DNA from: an uncultured Gemmatimonadales bacterium
Lineage (GTDB): Bacteria > Gemmatimonadota > Gemmatimonadetes > Gemmatimonadales > Gemmatimonadaceae
Reading direction: 5' to 3'
Length of the DNA stretch: 64,000 bases
Assembly: GCA_963793305.1 (NCBI GenBank)
Contig: CAWBZV010000003.1
Span: 352,001-416,000 of the forward strand
Numbering within the stretch: position 1 is the stretch's first letter; each line of letters starts with the position of its first letter. Below are positions 28,833 through 39,661 of the stretch, piece after piece. The translations under genes and the position numbers were made by a program. The notes beneath the pieces are model-generated. The model was not told the origin of the DNA. It saw only the letters and a program-made list of their open reading frames with translations, and did no database searches.

Positions 28833-29877
28833 CGACCTCGCCAATCGCGGCGACCTGACCGGAGGCGCGCAGCAGCGCCGCCTTTGCGTCGACGGGATCG
28901 ACCGGCAGCCACACCGTGAACGTCGAGCCGCGCCCGACCTCGGATTCGACGGTGATCTCGCCGCCTATGAGCCGTGCCAGTCGGCGTGAGATCGATAGGC
29001 CCAGACCAGTGCCGCGGCGGACGGAGTCGCCCCGAGGGCCCGCGTTCACTTGCTCGAACTCGTCAAAGATCCGTTCGCGGTCATCGAGGGCAATGCCGAT
29101 GCCGGTGTCGATCACCGATAGCGCGACCCAGATCCCGTCCGGCGGTAGGCTGGGCGCGACCGCGTCCTCGCCGGACATGATGCGGCCGCGAACGACAATG
29201 CCGCCCTCGATCGTGTACTTGACCGCGTTGCCGAGGAGGTTGACGAGCACTTGGCGGAGGTGCGAGGGGTCGGTGCGAAGCCGCGGTAGCGACGCGGGGA
29301 TCGCCATCGATAGCGCCAGGCCTCGCTCGTTCGCCAGGGGCTCGACCTCGGTCGCGACCTCCAGAACGAACGGCCGCAAGTCGAGCCGCTCGGTGTGCAC
29401 CTCCATGCGGCCGGCCGTCATCTTCGCCAGATCCAGGACCTGATCGACGAGGTGTCGAAGGTGCAAAGCCGAGGCTTCGATGCGCTGCACGGGCCCGACC
29501 TGGCGTGGTTGCAGCTCGCCGTACACGCCATCGCGCAGGAGATCGACGAACCCGACGATCGCGTTGAGCGGCGTCCGGAGCTCGTGCGAGACATTCGCCA
29601 GAAACTCGCTCTTCGCGCGATTCGCTCGAAGGAGCTCGGCCGACAGCCGTTCGAGCTCGGCCGATCGCTCGGCCACGCGTCGCGTCAACCGGCGCTCATG
29701 CACGAGCGCCAGCGTCAGCGCGATCAGCGTCGCGGCACCCATGGCCCAGAGTCCATAGCGCAGCGTCGTCATCGCCGGCGACCGCGCCAGCTCGCGGTCG
29801 GAGACGTAGAGCGCCGTGAACGCGAAGACCGCGACCGCGGCCAGCGCAACGGACGAGAATCGGACCGGTGCACGCAT
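28804..29877 (-). CDS. Sensor histidine kinase (HisKA-HATPase)
   Basis: Two TM helices; KSEFLANVSHELRTPLN, NLLGNAVKYT, DTGIGI, GTGLGL. Confidence 0.92.
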
Positions 29878-29928
29878 CGATAAGATCTCGTTGACGTCGT
29901 TCGTCCGAGCGTCTAACCTGCGGGCGCT

Positions 29929-30489
29929 ATGTTCGGACAGCATGATACACTCCTCGACCTGCTCGCGCGACGGTCGGCCAAACGGGGTGAGTTCACGCTC
30001 TCCTCCGGCAAGCGGTCGACGCTCTACATCGACGCGCGGCTCACGACGATGAGCCCCGACGGCCTCGCCCTCATCGGCCCCCTCGCACTCGCCGCCATCC
30101 GCGGCGCCAAGTGGGACGTCGACTCCGCCGGTGGCCTCACGCTTGGCGCCGATCCCATCGCCTATGCCGTCGCATACGCCAGCGCGCTGCCTGGCGCCGG
30201 GCCGCTCGTACGGGCGTTCACCGTGCGCAAAGAGGCGAAAGCGCACGGGACCGGGAAACTCATCGAAGGTCCCTTCGCCAATACCGACCGCGTCGTCATC
30301 GTCGAGGACGTTATCACAACTGGCGGCTCGGCACTCCGCGCGGCCGAAGCCGTGAAGAACGCCGGCGGGCGGATCTCCGGCGTGTTGGCGCTCGTGGATC
30401 GCGAAGAAGGCGGGCGAGAGGCTATCGAGGCCACGGGACTGGCCGTCCTATCGCTCACCCGCGCGGCCGACATTCTCAAACGCCTATGA
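29929..30489 (+). CDS. pyrE: Orotate phosphoribosyltransferase
   Basis: FTLSSGKRSTLYID, VRKEAKAHG, VVIVEDVITTGGS. Confidence 0.95.
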   Translation: MFGQHDTLLDLLARRSAKRGEFTLSSGKRSTLYIDARLTTMSPDGLALIGPLALAAIRGAKWDVDSAGGLTLGADPIAYAVAYASALPGAGPLVRAFTVRKEAKAHGTGKLIEGPFANTDRVVIVEDVITTGGSALRAAEAVKNAGGRISGVLALVDREEGGREAIEATGLAVLSLTRAADILKRL

Positions 30490-31034
30490 GCTCGGCGCAG
30501 TCGAGCTCTGTCCAACCGACCAGTCGAGCGGTGCGAAGCGCCGCATCGACGCGCGGCGGAGCCGCGCGAGTCGTCATCCTCGGGCCGGGCGCATCCGGTA
30601 AGTCGACGCTCGCGCGGCGATTGGGGGAGATCACGGGATTGCCCGTGGTCGAGCTGGACAAAGTCTTCTGGCGAGCGGGCCTCGCCGCGACACCACGCCA
30701 GGAGTGGATCGAGATCCAGCAGACACTCGTCGCGCAGCCCACGTGGATCATGGACGGCGACTTGGGGCCATACGACGCCGTCGAGGTCCGCCTTCGCGCG
30801 GCAGACACGGTGATCCTCCTCGACTTCCCGATCATTCTATGCGCCTGGCGCGCGTTTTTGCGCTCTCGGGAACGTTGGGATTTCTGGCGATGGCTGCTGC
30901 GCTATCCCCGGGCCCGTATGCGCAGAGCGATCGCCGACTACGCGCCTCACGCCACGGTCTATGTCATCAGCTCGGGTCGAACCGGCGTAGAGCAGCTATG
31001 TACGGAAGCACGAGCTCGTGCCGAAAGAGGGTGA
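30486..31034 (+). CDS. P-loop kinase, adenylate-kinase/topology-modulation-like
   Basis: ILGPGASGKSTLA, ELDKVFW, WIMDGD, ADTVILLD. Confidence 0.8.
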   Translation: MSSAQSSSVQPTSRAVRSAASTRGGAARVVILGPGASGKSTLARRLGEITGLPVVELDKVFWRAGLAATPRQEWIEIQQTLVAQPTWIMDGDLGPYDAVEVRLRAADTVILLDFPIILCAWRAFLRSRERWDFWRWLLRYPRARMRRAIADYAPHATVYVISSGRTGVEQLCTEARARAERG

Positions 31035-31803
31035 GCATGCGCTCGCCGTCGTACGTGCGGCGAAATGTCGAGGCGGTAATCTGCAGTGTGACGCCCAGGT
31101 GTCGCCCGAAGGCCTGAGGCGACGAGTACTCCATGCGGTTCGAGACGTTGGCGATCGAGAGTCCGGGGTTCTCGAGGAGCCGCGCCGCGCGCGTCAGGCG
31201 CGCCAGGTTGAGATAGTGACGCGCCGTCGGCAGCGCCAATCGGCTCAGGCGACTGGCGAGTGTCGCTGAAGGGAGATGGAGCCTGGGCGCAAAGGCCTCC
31301 ACAGTGACGATCGCGGGGACCGTCGTGAACATGACCTCGAAGAACTGCCAGCACGCGGCCGGCGCCCCGCTGAGATCAATCGCCAGCGCGTCCAGGGCGA
31401 TCTTGCTGATCTCGGTGGGTGAGCTGTCGGTCAGCGCCTTACGCAGCGCGCGCCAGCCGTCCTTGGCTCGTACGTCTACCAACGTGCGGACGCCACTGCG
31501 GCCCAGTGAGAGCACCGCCTGCGAGGCCGCGGGCTCGGCGGAGGAGAGGAGCGCGATCGCGGGGATCCGCGGGAATTCCTTCATGAGTCCCGCGACGCGC
31601 GTGGTCTCGCCGTACGTGCAGCGCGCGACGGAGACGACGACGGCCGCGACGCGGCGCTCGCGGACATCGCGAATGACGTCGTCCATCGAATCGCGATGGA
31701 GTGTCTCGTAGAGACCTTGCCCCGCGGCGTCCACCGAGGAACGTTCGGAGGGCGTGAGGATGGTCGAGATCGGCGGTGAATTTTGATCGGGTGGCATTTG
31801 CAC
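30967..31803 (-). CDS. AraC-type helix-turn-helix protein
   Basis: C-terminal ARLTRAARLLENPGLSIANVSNRMEYSSPQAFGRH. Confidence 0.8.
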   Translation of the reverse strand: MQMPPDQNSPPISTILTPSERSSVDAAGQGLYETLHRDSMDDVIRDVRERRVAAVVVSVARCTYGETTRVAGLMKEFPRIPAIALLSSAEPAASQAVLSLGRSGVRTLVDVRAKDGWRALRKALTDSSPTEISKIALDALAIDLSGAPAACWQFFEVMFTTVPAIVTVEAFAPRLHLPSATLASRLSRLALPTARHYLNLARLTRAARLLENPGLSIANVSNRMEYSSPQAFGRHLGVTLQITASTFRRTYDGERMLTLFRHELVLPYIAALRRFDPS

Positions 31804-31867
31804 CGAATAGTCGCCACCGCCGTCAGCCGATCGTCAGCAACCCGAACTGATTATATTGCGTCAGAAA

Positions 31868-32260
31868 TACCGCCGGTCGGACGGTCGCGACGCACCCTAG
31901 GGTGCGCCGAGGAAAGTCCGGGCTCCATAGGGCAGACTGCCAGGTAACGCCTGGGCGCGAGCGAGAATCTCGCACGCGACGGAAAGTGCCACAGAAAACA
32001 CACCGCCAATGGCCCGCGAGGGCACAGGCAAGGGCGAACCGGTGGGGTAAGAGCCCACCGCGCCTCCGGTGACGGGGGCGGCATGGTAAACCCCAGTCGG
32101 AGCAAGGTCAAATAGGCGGCGAGGGGTGGCCCACCCCGAGGCACGACATAAGCCGCGGGTAGACTGCTAGAGGACGCGGGTGACCACGTCCCCAGAGAAA
32201 TGACCGTCCGGGTGGGGATAAAAACCCTCCCGACAGGACCCGGCTTACAGACCGGCGGTA
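31868..32260 (+). ncRNA. rnpB: RNase P RNA, bacterial type A
   Basis: GAGGAAAGTCCGGGCTCC near 5' end, GGAAAGTGCCACAGAAA, GGTAAACCCC, 3' ACAGGACCCGGCTTAC; termini TACCGCCGGTC and GACCGGCGGTA pair as P1. Confidence 0.97.
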
Positions 32261-32323
32261 CGAACGAGGCGGCCTCCCAGGGGTGACTTGGGGGGCCGTC
32301 TTCTGCTTAGCTTCTTGGGCATC

Positions 32324-33187
32324 GTGAAACAACGCGTATTGCACGTCGCCATTCTCGCCGCGCTAACCGCCTGTGGGCCGACGGCGAGCCATGAACCTCG
32401 CCCTCCGGCGCCTGCGGCGCCGAGTGAACACAGGGCGCCACCGCCATTCGTGCCGCCGCGCTACGCCGTAGGCCGTGGCGCATACCAATTGACGTCGACG
32501 GCCACGATCCAGTTCGTGGGCGACTCGTCCGCAAAGCCCGACACACTGGTGACGGCAGTCGTCGTCCGATACAATGCCTCGTGGACCGGCACGGGTCTCG
32601 ATTTCACCGGCTCGGTCGAGTCCCGCGTGACGGCCGCCTCGGCCCGCATGCTCCAGGCAAACGGCGAGTCACTCGATCCGGTCCCGTTCCGGGCGGTCGT
32701 CGATACAGTTGCCGGAACAGTTCGCCTGATCGGCGATTCGTCGGTGACTGAAGCAACGTGTCCATCGCCACACGCCGGCGCGCTGGCCGCGGCACGGCAG
32801 TATCTGGCCTCGATCCCTCGCACGCTCGCGCCGGGCGCGTCGTGGACCGATACGACGATGGCGACCACGTGTCGCGGCGAGATCCCGGTGACGACGACGG
32901 CCGTCCGGCATTTCACGGTCAGCCTCGAGCACTCGCAATCGACGCCGGTGATCGTCGTGTCGCACCTCTCGACAATCTCGATGCACGGCGAGACGTCTCA
33001 CCGTGGAAGGGGTGTGACGCTGACCGGCGCGGGCACCCGGCAGTACGAGGACCGCTACGACGCGTTCACTGGCGTGCTCAAGTCACGCGCCGCGATCATC
33101 GACATCGATCTCACCGTCGGCGTCGCCGGCGCGCCCAGTCGATTGCACGAGCACGTTGACGAGCACGCGGTCCCGATCGTCCCGTGA
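32324..33187 (+). CDS. Hypothetical lipoprotein
   Basis: Lipobox LTAC, Pro-rich linker, beta-rich body. Confidence 0.65.
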   Translation: MKQRVLHVAILAALTACGPTASHEPRPPAPAAPSEHRAPPPFVPPRYAVGRGAYQLTSTATIQFVGDSSAKPDTLVTAVVVRYNASWTGTGLDFTGSVESRVTAASARMLQANGESLDPVPFRAVVDTVAGTVRLIGDSSVTEATCPSPHAGALAAARQYLASIPRTLAPGASWTDTTMATTCRGEIPVTTTAVRHFTVSLEHSQSTPVIVVSHLSTISMHGETSHRGRGVTLTGAGTRQYEDRYDAFTGVLKSRAAIIDIDLTVGVAGAPSRLHEHVDEHAVPIVP

Positions 33188-33645
33188 TCATGCGACTTCT
33201 CGGGTTGTTGCTCGTCGGCACGCCACTCCTCGCGCAGGGACGGACGCCGGAGCTCGCCGGCACGTGGACCTTAAACGCGACGAAGAGCCGCGCGTCGCAA
33301 CCACTCCCGGTCGGACGCACGCTGGTGATCGACCGTGCGGTGAACGGGTATGTCGTGCACCAGATCGATGGCTCGGACTCCGCGACATTCCAGATCTCGC
33401 TCGCCGGCTCGGGCGCCAAGGTCAACCAGTCAGACGGCGCGAGCGTCGTTCGCTACACCGCGCACGCGATGGCCGACACGATCGTGTATGTCGTCGATAT
33501 CACGGTCGACAACCAGGGACTCGTCGGCACACAGAGTGGGCGACTCTTCGTGTCGAACGGTGGCCGGATGCTCACGGACCTGAGCGAGCTCGTGGCCGGC
33601 GGGGATCCGGTCGAGCAGCAGCTCGTCTACGACAAAAAGCGCTAG
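33184..33645 (+). CDS. Hypothetical exported protein
   Basis: Signal peptide; LAGTWTLNATKS and C-terminal LVYDKK. Confidence 0.7.
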   Translation: MIMRLLGLLLVGTPLLAQGRTPELAGTWTLNATKSRASQPLPVGRTLVIDRAVNGYVVHQIDGSDSATFQISLAGSGAKVNQSDGASVVRYTAHAMADTIVYVVDITVDNQGLVGTQSGRLFVSNGGRMLTDLSELVAGGDPVEQQLVYDKKR

Positions 33646-34748
33646 TCGACCAAGCGCAGCGGCATCACCAGACAGAGAAACTTCGCGCGGTTCGCCCAGC
33701 CCTCGGGCTCGATCGTCGCCGCGCGCTCGGGGGCCTTGAACGTCAAGCGCACCTCGTCCGTCGGCATGTACTTGAGGATCTCGAGCAGGTAGGACGCGTT
33801 GAACCCAATGTCGAGCGGGTCGCCCGTGTAGCGTACGGCTAGCTCATCCTGTGCCTCACCAAGATCCGGCGTCTGTACGCTGAACTTGGCCATGCCCGAG
33901 TTGAGCCCAAGGCGCACGCGATGGGTTTGGTCAGACGCGACGATCGACATTCGGCGCAGGGTGCCCATGAGGGCCTGCTTGTCGGCAATGGCTATCCGGT
34001 CATTGTCCTTGGGAATTACGCCTTCGTACGGCGGATACGGCCCTTCGATCAACCGTGTGTAGACCGTGGTGAGTGGAGAGCGGAAGCCAAGGTGATTTTC
34101 GCCCCGCGCGATCTCGAGCTCCTCGTCGGCCGGGAAGAGGCGTCGAACCTGGTCGAGCGCCTTTGGTGGCACGATTAGATCATGCGAACCAGACCCGGCG
34201 CCCGAAAGCTCCATCTTCGCGAGACGGTGGCCATTGGTGGCGACCATCCGCATATAGTCCGGCCGGAGCTCCCACAGCACACCGTTCAGAATCGGACGGC
34301 TCTCTTCGGTGCTCACCGCGAAGGCGGTGTGCCCGATCAACTCGTGCAAGTCGGCGGAGCGTGCCCGCCAACCCCCTTCGAACTTGACGGTCGGGAACGT
34401 CGGGAACTCATCGCGTGGGATCCCGAGCAGCTTGAATTTCGACCGACCGCTCTCGATCGTGATCCGTTGTTCGCCGGCGGCCGCGATTTTGACAGGTGAC
34501 GGCAGGAGCTCCCGCGCGATATCGCTCAGTTTGCGTGCGGGGATGGTGACGGCACCGTGTGCCTCGACATCAGCATTGACCTCGGTGCTGACGGCAATGT
34601 CCAGATCCGTGCCCGACAACCGAATGCCACGATCAGTTGTCTCGACGAGAATGTTCGCCAGAACGGGAAGTGTGGTCTTTGACGGAATGCTCGCCGCAAC
34701 GGCCGCCAAACCCTCCTGGAGTTTTTCACGTGTAATCGTGAAGCGCAT
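33642..34748 (-). CDS. dnaN: DNA polymerase III beta sliding clamp
   Basis: TLPVLANIL, GTDLD, SRPILNGV, VATNGHRL, RLIEGPYP, IGFNASYL, LVMPLRL. Confidence 0.98.
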   Translation of the reverse strand: MRFTITREKLQEGLAAVAASIPSKTTLPVLANILVETTDRGIRLSGTDLDIAVSTEVNADVEAHGAVTIPARKLSDIARELLPSPVKIAAAGEQRITIESGRSKFKLLGIPRDEFPTFPTVKFEGGWRARSADLHELIGHTAFAVSTEESRPILNGVLWELRPDYMRMVATNGHRLAKMELSGAGSGSHDLIVPPKALDQVRRLFPADEELEIARGENHLGFRSPLTTVYTRLIEGPYPPYEGVIPKDNDRIAIADKQALMGTLRRMSIVASDQTHRVRLGLNSGMAKFSVQTPDLGEAQDELAVRYTGDPLDIGFNASYLLEILKYMPTDEVRLTFKAPERAATIEPEGWANRAKFLCLVMPLRLVD

Positions 34749-34990
34749 GTCTGCTGTCGTTAGTTAGTTAATAAGACAAGCAGTAGAACTAGTAGGGGAT
34801 GTGGGCTTGTGTACAATCGCGGCAAGTTACGGCCGCCGCGCGACTTTGCCTAGGCCGGCTCCTGTGCAATCGATCTGGATTCGTCCGAGTTTTGCCCAGC
34901 GGGTCACATCCGGATGCCGCTCGATGTGACTCAATGTGCAGAAACCAGCGCTGTCGACACGTTATCTACACTCGCAGTGTGGAGAGATGT
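34749..34990. other. oriC: Chromosomal replication origin oriC (dnaA-dnaN intergenic)
   Basis: AT-rich 34759-34795 with NAN trinucleotide run TAA TAA GAC AAG CAG TAG AAC TAG TAG, then GGGA and tandem box-like TGTGGGCTT/TGTGTACAA; further box-like TGTGCAGAA (34935) and TTATCTACA (34962). Confidence 0.8.
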
Positions 34991-36408
34991 CCGCGCACCC
35001 GCTCGACCCGCGCTCTAAACGTCGGGTCCTGCTCCATCTCCTGGAGCACGCGCTCCAAGCTGTGGATGACCGTCGAGTGATCGCGGCCACCGAACGCGTT
35101 GCCGATCTCCACGAGCTGGACTTGCAGCATCTCGCGAACGAGATGCATGGCGACCTGGCGCGGCGCCGTCAGGGCCTTGGTCCGCGTCTTCGACTTGAGC
35201 CCCTCCACGGTGACGCCCCACTCCTTGGCGACAGCATGCTGGACGGCGTGCACCGTGAGCCCTGTCGCATCGCCTAGAGCCGGCGTGCCATCCGGGGCGA
35301 GCCGGATCTTGTCGCGCAACGCATCGCGCGCCAGGTCGACGCCAATCGCCCGGTGTTTGAGCGATGAGTAGGCGAGCAGCTTGATAATCGAGCCCTCGAG
35401 CTCGCGCACGCTGGACCTGACGTGCTCGGCGATGAACTGGATCACGTCCTCGGGGATCGTCGTCTCCAAGTGATCGAGTTTCGCCTTGTGCCGGAGAATC
35501 GCGACCCGATGCTCGAGGTCGGGCGCCTCGATGTCCGCGACCATCCCCCACTGGAACCGACTGACGAGCCTCGGCTCCAACCCGGGGATCTCACCCGGCG
35601 GGCGATCCGAGGTCAGGATAATCTGGCGGTCCCCTTCGTACAGCGCGTTGAAGGTGTGAAAGAACTCCTCCTGCGTGCCCTCTTTTCCCTTGAGAAAGTG
35701 CACATCGTCGACGAGCAGCATATCCGTCTCGCGATACTTCCGGCGAAAATCGCCATTCGTGCGCGTTTGTATCGCGGTCACCATCTCGTTCACGAACTGC
35801 TCGGTGCCGACGAGCGAGATCCGCGTGTTGGGACGCCGTTCGAGCACATCGTGGGCGATGGCTTGCATCAAGTGCGTTTTTCCGAGCCCGGTCGCGCCGT
35901 AGATGAACAACGGGTTGTACTGCTTGCCCGGGCTCACCGCGACCGCGTTCGCGGCCGCGAATGCCAGCTCATTCGACTTCCCGGCGACGAACTGCCCGAA
36001 CGTGTACCGAGGCTGGAGTGACGCTTTAATGGCCCCGGCCTGCCGCTTCGCTGCCGCGACCTCTTCGGGCGGCGGCGCGACGAACAAGTCCATCTGCGGC
36101 CGCGTCTTTCGTTCCTCGCTGACGCGAAAGACGACAGTGATCGGATGGCCGAGCGCGACCGGCGCGTAGCTGGCCATCATATCCGCGAACTTCGTGTCGT
36201 TCCAATCCGCGGCGAACTGGTCCGGCGTATTGACGATGAGTTTCGGGGGCAGGCCATTCGCCGCATCACTCGCCTTCTCCTCGAGACTCAGAGCCTCCGT
36301 GGGCTCGAGCCACGTACGGTACACCGCCTCGGTGAGCGTCTGCTTCGCTCGTTCGAGCAGGCGAGCCCATACTTCGGTTGCGGAGAGGGAAGTGGCGATG
36401 AGCGACAT
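34966..36408 (-). CDS. dnaA: Replication initiator DnaA
   Basis: YNPLFIYGATGLGKTHL, LLVDDVHF, QEEFFHTFN, VRELEG, GGRDHSTVIH. Confidence 0.99.
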   Translation of the reverse strand: MSLIATSLSATEVWARLLERAKQTLTEAVYRTWLEPTEALSLEEKASDAANGLPPKLIVNTPDQFAADWNDTKFADMMASYAPVALGHPITVVFRVSEERKTRPQMDLFVAPPPEEVAAAKRQAGAIKASLQPRYTFGQFVAGKSNELAFAAANAVAVSPGKQYNPLFIYGATGLGKTHLMQAIAHDVLERRPNTRISLVGTEQFVNEMVTAIQTRTNGDFRRKYRETDMLLVDDVHFLKGKEGTQEEFFHTFNALYEGDRQIILTSDRPPGEIPGLEPRLVSRFQWGMVADIEAPDLEHRVAILRHKAKLDHLETTIPEDVIQFIAEHVRSSVRELEGSIIKLLAYSSLKHRAIGVDLARDALRDKIRLAPDGTPALGDATGLTVHAVQHAVAKEWGVTVEGLKSKTRTKALTAPRQVAMHLVREMLQVQLVEIGNAFGGRDHSTVIHSLERVLQEMEQDPTFRARVERVRGHLSTLRV

Positions 36409-36505
36409 GAAGCGAAAAGCAACGTCGAAACCCAGGGGGCGCGAACGTAGGAGTCTGGTGGCAAAAATGTCAACTGACAGACATCGAGACCTAAGCGGCT
36501 CTCGC

Positions 36506-36534
36506 TTGACCTAGGCCTAAGCGGCTCATAACTT
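36506..36534 (+). promoter_or_regulatory. Sigma-70-type promoter for rpmH operon
   Basis: TTGACC-17 bp-TAACTT, 44 bp before the rpmH ATG; GGAG RBS. Confidence 0.65.
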
Positions 36535-36578
36535 TGGAAGTCTTTGCCGCACTGTTCTCGATTTTATTGGAGTATTAG

Positions 36579-36743
36579 ATGGGCAAGCCCACGTATCGTC
36601 CCCGCAATAAGCGCCGCATTAAGACGCACGGATTCCGTGCGCGAATGGCGACACGGTGGGGTCGTGAAACTTTGAGTCGCCGTCGGAAAAAGGGGCGTAA
36701 GCGGTTGACCGTTCGCTTGCCCTCGAAGTACGCCGGCGCGTGA
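36579..36743 (+). CDS. rpmH: 50S ribosomal protein L34
   Basis: Hand translation [54 protein letters not shown]; below ORF-track cutoff. Confidence 0.97.
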   Translation: MGKPTYRPRNKRRIKTHGFRARMATRWGRETLSRRRKKGRKRLTVRLPSKYAGA

Positions 36744-37104
36744 GTCGTTTCCGCGACGGTATCGGCTGACCGCGAGCGCCGAGCTCGCCGCGGTACGCCG
36801 AGCGGGCAAGCGCGTTCGGTTGCCCGCGGGCGCGCCTGACTTGGAGGCCCGGGTCACGGCCTCCGCCCGATCGCACCCGCGCGTCGGATTCATTGTGCCA
36901 CGCTACAAGCACAGCGCCGTCGACCGCAACCGCCTCAAACGGCGGTTGCGCGAGCTGGTGCGGCGGCGACTGCTGGCCGAGTTGGCTGAGCTGCCGGCCG
37001 TCGACCTCGTGATCCGCGCGAAGCCTTCTCTCTACGATTGCTCGTTTGCCTCCTTGGCCGCCCAGATAGAAACCCTCCGCGACGCCGTGCGTAGGGTGCA
37101 GTGA
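36740..37104 (+). CDS. rnpA: Ribonuclease P protein component, frameshift near 36750
   Basis: [32 protein letters not shown] (RNR motif); follows rpmH. Confidence 0.92.
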
Positions 37105-37310
37105 GACACGTCTTTATTGCGCTCGTGCGCATGTATCAGGTCGGCCTTTCGCCGCTACTGCCCGCGTCCTGCCGTTATTATCCGAGTTGTTCGGCATACG
37201 CGATCACCGCGTTGGAAAAGTACGGCGCGGTGCGCGGCGCCTGGCTCGCGGTGCGGCGCATTTCGCGCTGTCACCCGTTCCACTCAGGCGGATACGACCC
37301 GGTTCCGTAA
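37101..37310 (+). CDS. yidD: Membrane protein insertion efficiency factor
   Basis: [25 protein letters not shown]. Confidence 0.96.
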   Translation: MRHVFIALVRMYQVGLSPLLPASCRYYPSCSAYAITALEKYGAVRGAWLAVRRISRCHPFHSGGYDPVP

Positions 37311-37316
37311 GAAACC

Positions 37317-38956
37317 ATGGATAAGCGACTACTACTGGCGCTGCTGCTTTCAGCGATCGTTTTCGTCATCTGACGAGTGGCTCTACCCACCGCAGCGGCC
37401 GACGCTGGCCCATGCGGGTGGCGCGCCACCGGCTGCCGCCGCGATCGCTCCTGGAGTGGCCTCTGCGGCTACTACTCCTGCTTCGACCGTGAGCCCGGCG
37501 GCGCCGACCGTCACCGGGCCGGCGGCTGAGTCCCTCGACGTCAAGACCACCGACGCCGTGTTCCGGTTCACGAACGTCGGCGCGGCGCCGGTCAGCGTCA
37601 CGATGCTCAACTACAACTCGACGCGCGTGCGGTCCGAGCAGGTCGTGCTGACACCCGTTGTGCGTTTGTTGCTCGCCGGCCCGAAGGACACGCTCGACTT
37701 GAGCAAGACCGCGTTCCAAATGCAAAAGACGGGATCGACCGTGTCGTTCACGGGTGACGTGAACGGTTCGCATGTCGACATCTCGTACGCGATCGCGCCG
37801 GACGGATACCTCGCCACGATGACCGGAAAGGTCACGGGCCCGGCCGCCTCGGACTCGAACCACCTGTTCGTACAGCTCCCTTCGACGTTCAAGTCGACCG
37901 AAGTGGACACGGTCGACGATCAGAACCACTTCGCGTACGCGGTCAAGCGGGTGAACGACGATCCGCAGGGGCTTCCGTTCGCCAAGCTCGACACGGTGCC
38001 CCATATCGTCCCGGGTCCGCTCTCGTGGGTCGCCGCGCGCAACAAGTACTTCGTCATTGGCCTCCTCACGAACTCGGCCGCGCCGTTCACCGCGGCTGAC
38101 TTCATTCGGAAGTCCGAAGCTGCCAGGGGCAAAGACCAAGACCATCGCCTCCGGCGCCGTTGCCCAGTCACTCCACAACGGGTCCTTCGGATTCCAGCTC
38201 TACGCCGGGCCTCAGGAATTCAGCCGGCTGCACGCACTGGGTCGCGAGTTCGAGGACGTGAATCCGTACGGTGGATTCTTGCACGGGGTCATGCAGCCGT
38301 TCGCGACGCTCATCGTCCGCATCATGATCTGGATGCGCGGTGAGCTGCAGCTCAACTACGGCTGGATCATAATTATCTTCGGGATCGCGATCCGCGTCCT
38401 ACTCTGGCCGCTCAACCAGCGGGCGATGCGAACCAGCCTTCGCATGCAAGCGCTGCAGCCCGAGATCCAGGCCGTGCAGGAGCGGTACAAGAGCGATTCG
38501 CAGCGGCAGCAGCAGGAGATGATGCGAGTGTACAGCGAGCATGGGTTGAGTCCCCTGTCACCCATCATGGGCTGTCTGCCGATGCTCATCCCGCTGCCGA
38601 TCCTGTATTGCTTGCTGTTCGTGTTGCAGAACACGATCGCCTTCCGCGGCGTGCAGTTCCTGTGGCTGCACGACATCTCGCTCAAAGATCCGTACTACAT
38701 CCTCCCGTTGGTCATGGGCGCGTCGTCGTATCTCGTCTCGTGGATCGGCATGAGAAACTCGCCGCCGAATCCGCAGGCGAAGATGATGACCTACGTGTTC
38801 CCCGCGATGATGACGTTTATCCTGGCGAATTACTCCGCTGGGCTCAATCTCTATTACGCCGTGCAGAACCTGGCGACGTTGCCGCAGCAATGGTTCCTGT
38901 CGAAAGAGCGGGCCAAATCCGCGACGGCGCCAAAAGTCGCTCCGGCCCGAGGATAA
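37317..38956 (+). CDS. yidC: Membrane protein insertase YidC, frameshifts near 37372 and 38120
   Basis: MDKRLLLALLLS start; WVAARNKYF, YAGPQ, NYGWIII, GCLPMLI, FLWLHDISLKDP, GLNLYY. Confidence 0.92.
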
Positions 38957-39661
38957 CGAACATCGGGCACGCCACGCTGCTGATCGAGATCGGCGGCGTG
39001 CGCGTGCTCACGGATCCGAATTTCGATCGGCGGCTCGCCGGCATCCTCCGCCGGGTCGCGCCTCCCGGGATCCCACTCTCCGAGCTGCCGCGGCTCGACG
39101 CGATCCTGCTGTCGCACGCTCACGCGGATCACTTGTCGCTCGCTTCGCTTCGCGCCCTGCCGCGCGACATCCCGATCTTCGCGCCGCCAGCCATAGCCCG
39201 TCGCCTCCGTGGCGGCGTTGGCGTTGCTCCCGGCGAGTCGGCCAACGTAGGGCCGGTCACCATAGAGGCGGCGGCCGCGAAGCATTGGGTGCCGGGTGGC
39301 GCGAACATGTACCTATTGAGCGCGAGCGAAGCGAGCGTGTTCTTCGCCGGCGACACGGGACTTAGCTTCCGCACGCACGAGATTGGCCGTAGGCCGCCGG
39401 GTTGATGTTGCGCTGCTACCGATCGGCAACGCCCCTTGGTGGCGACCGGGCTTCCGCAGAGGCCACCTGTCGAGCGACGATGCCCTCGTACTCTTCGAGC
39501 GGCTCGGCGCTCGCTATCTGATCCCGTACCACTGGGGTACGTTCCACCACGTGACATCGGGCCCGTACACGGCAAAGCGCCGCCTCGATGCGCTCCTCAA
39601 AGACCATCCGCGTCGCAACGACGTGATCGCGCTCGAGCCCGGGACGTCATGTGCTCTCTGA
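38890..39661 (+). CDS. MBL-fold metallo-hydrolase (start uncertain; frameshift near 39390)
   Basis: [25 protein letters not shown], then [17 protein letters not shown]. Confidence 0.8.

Noticed and set aside
34722..34737. parS-like TTTTTCACGTGTAATC in the dnaN 5' end
   Set aside because: Four mismatches and explained by codons for ITREK.
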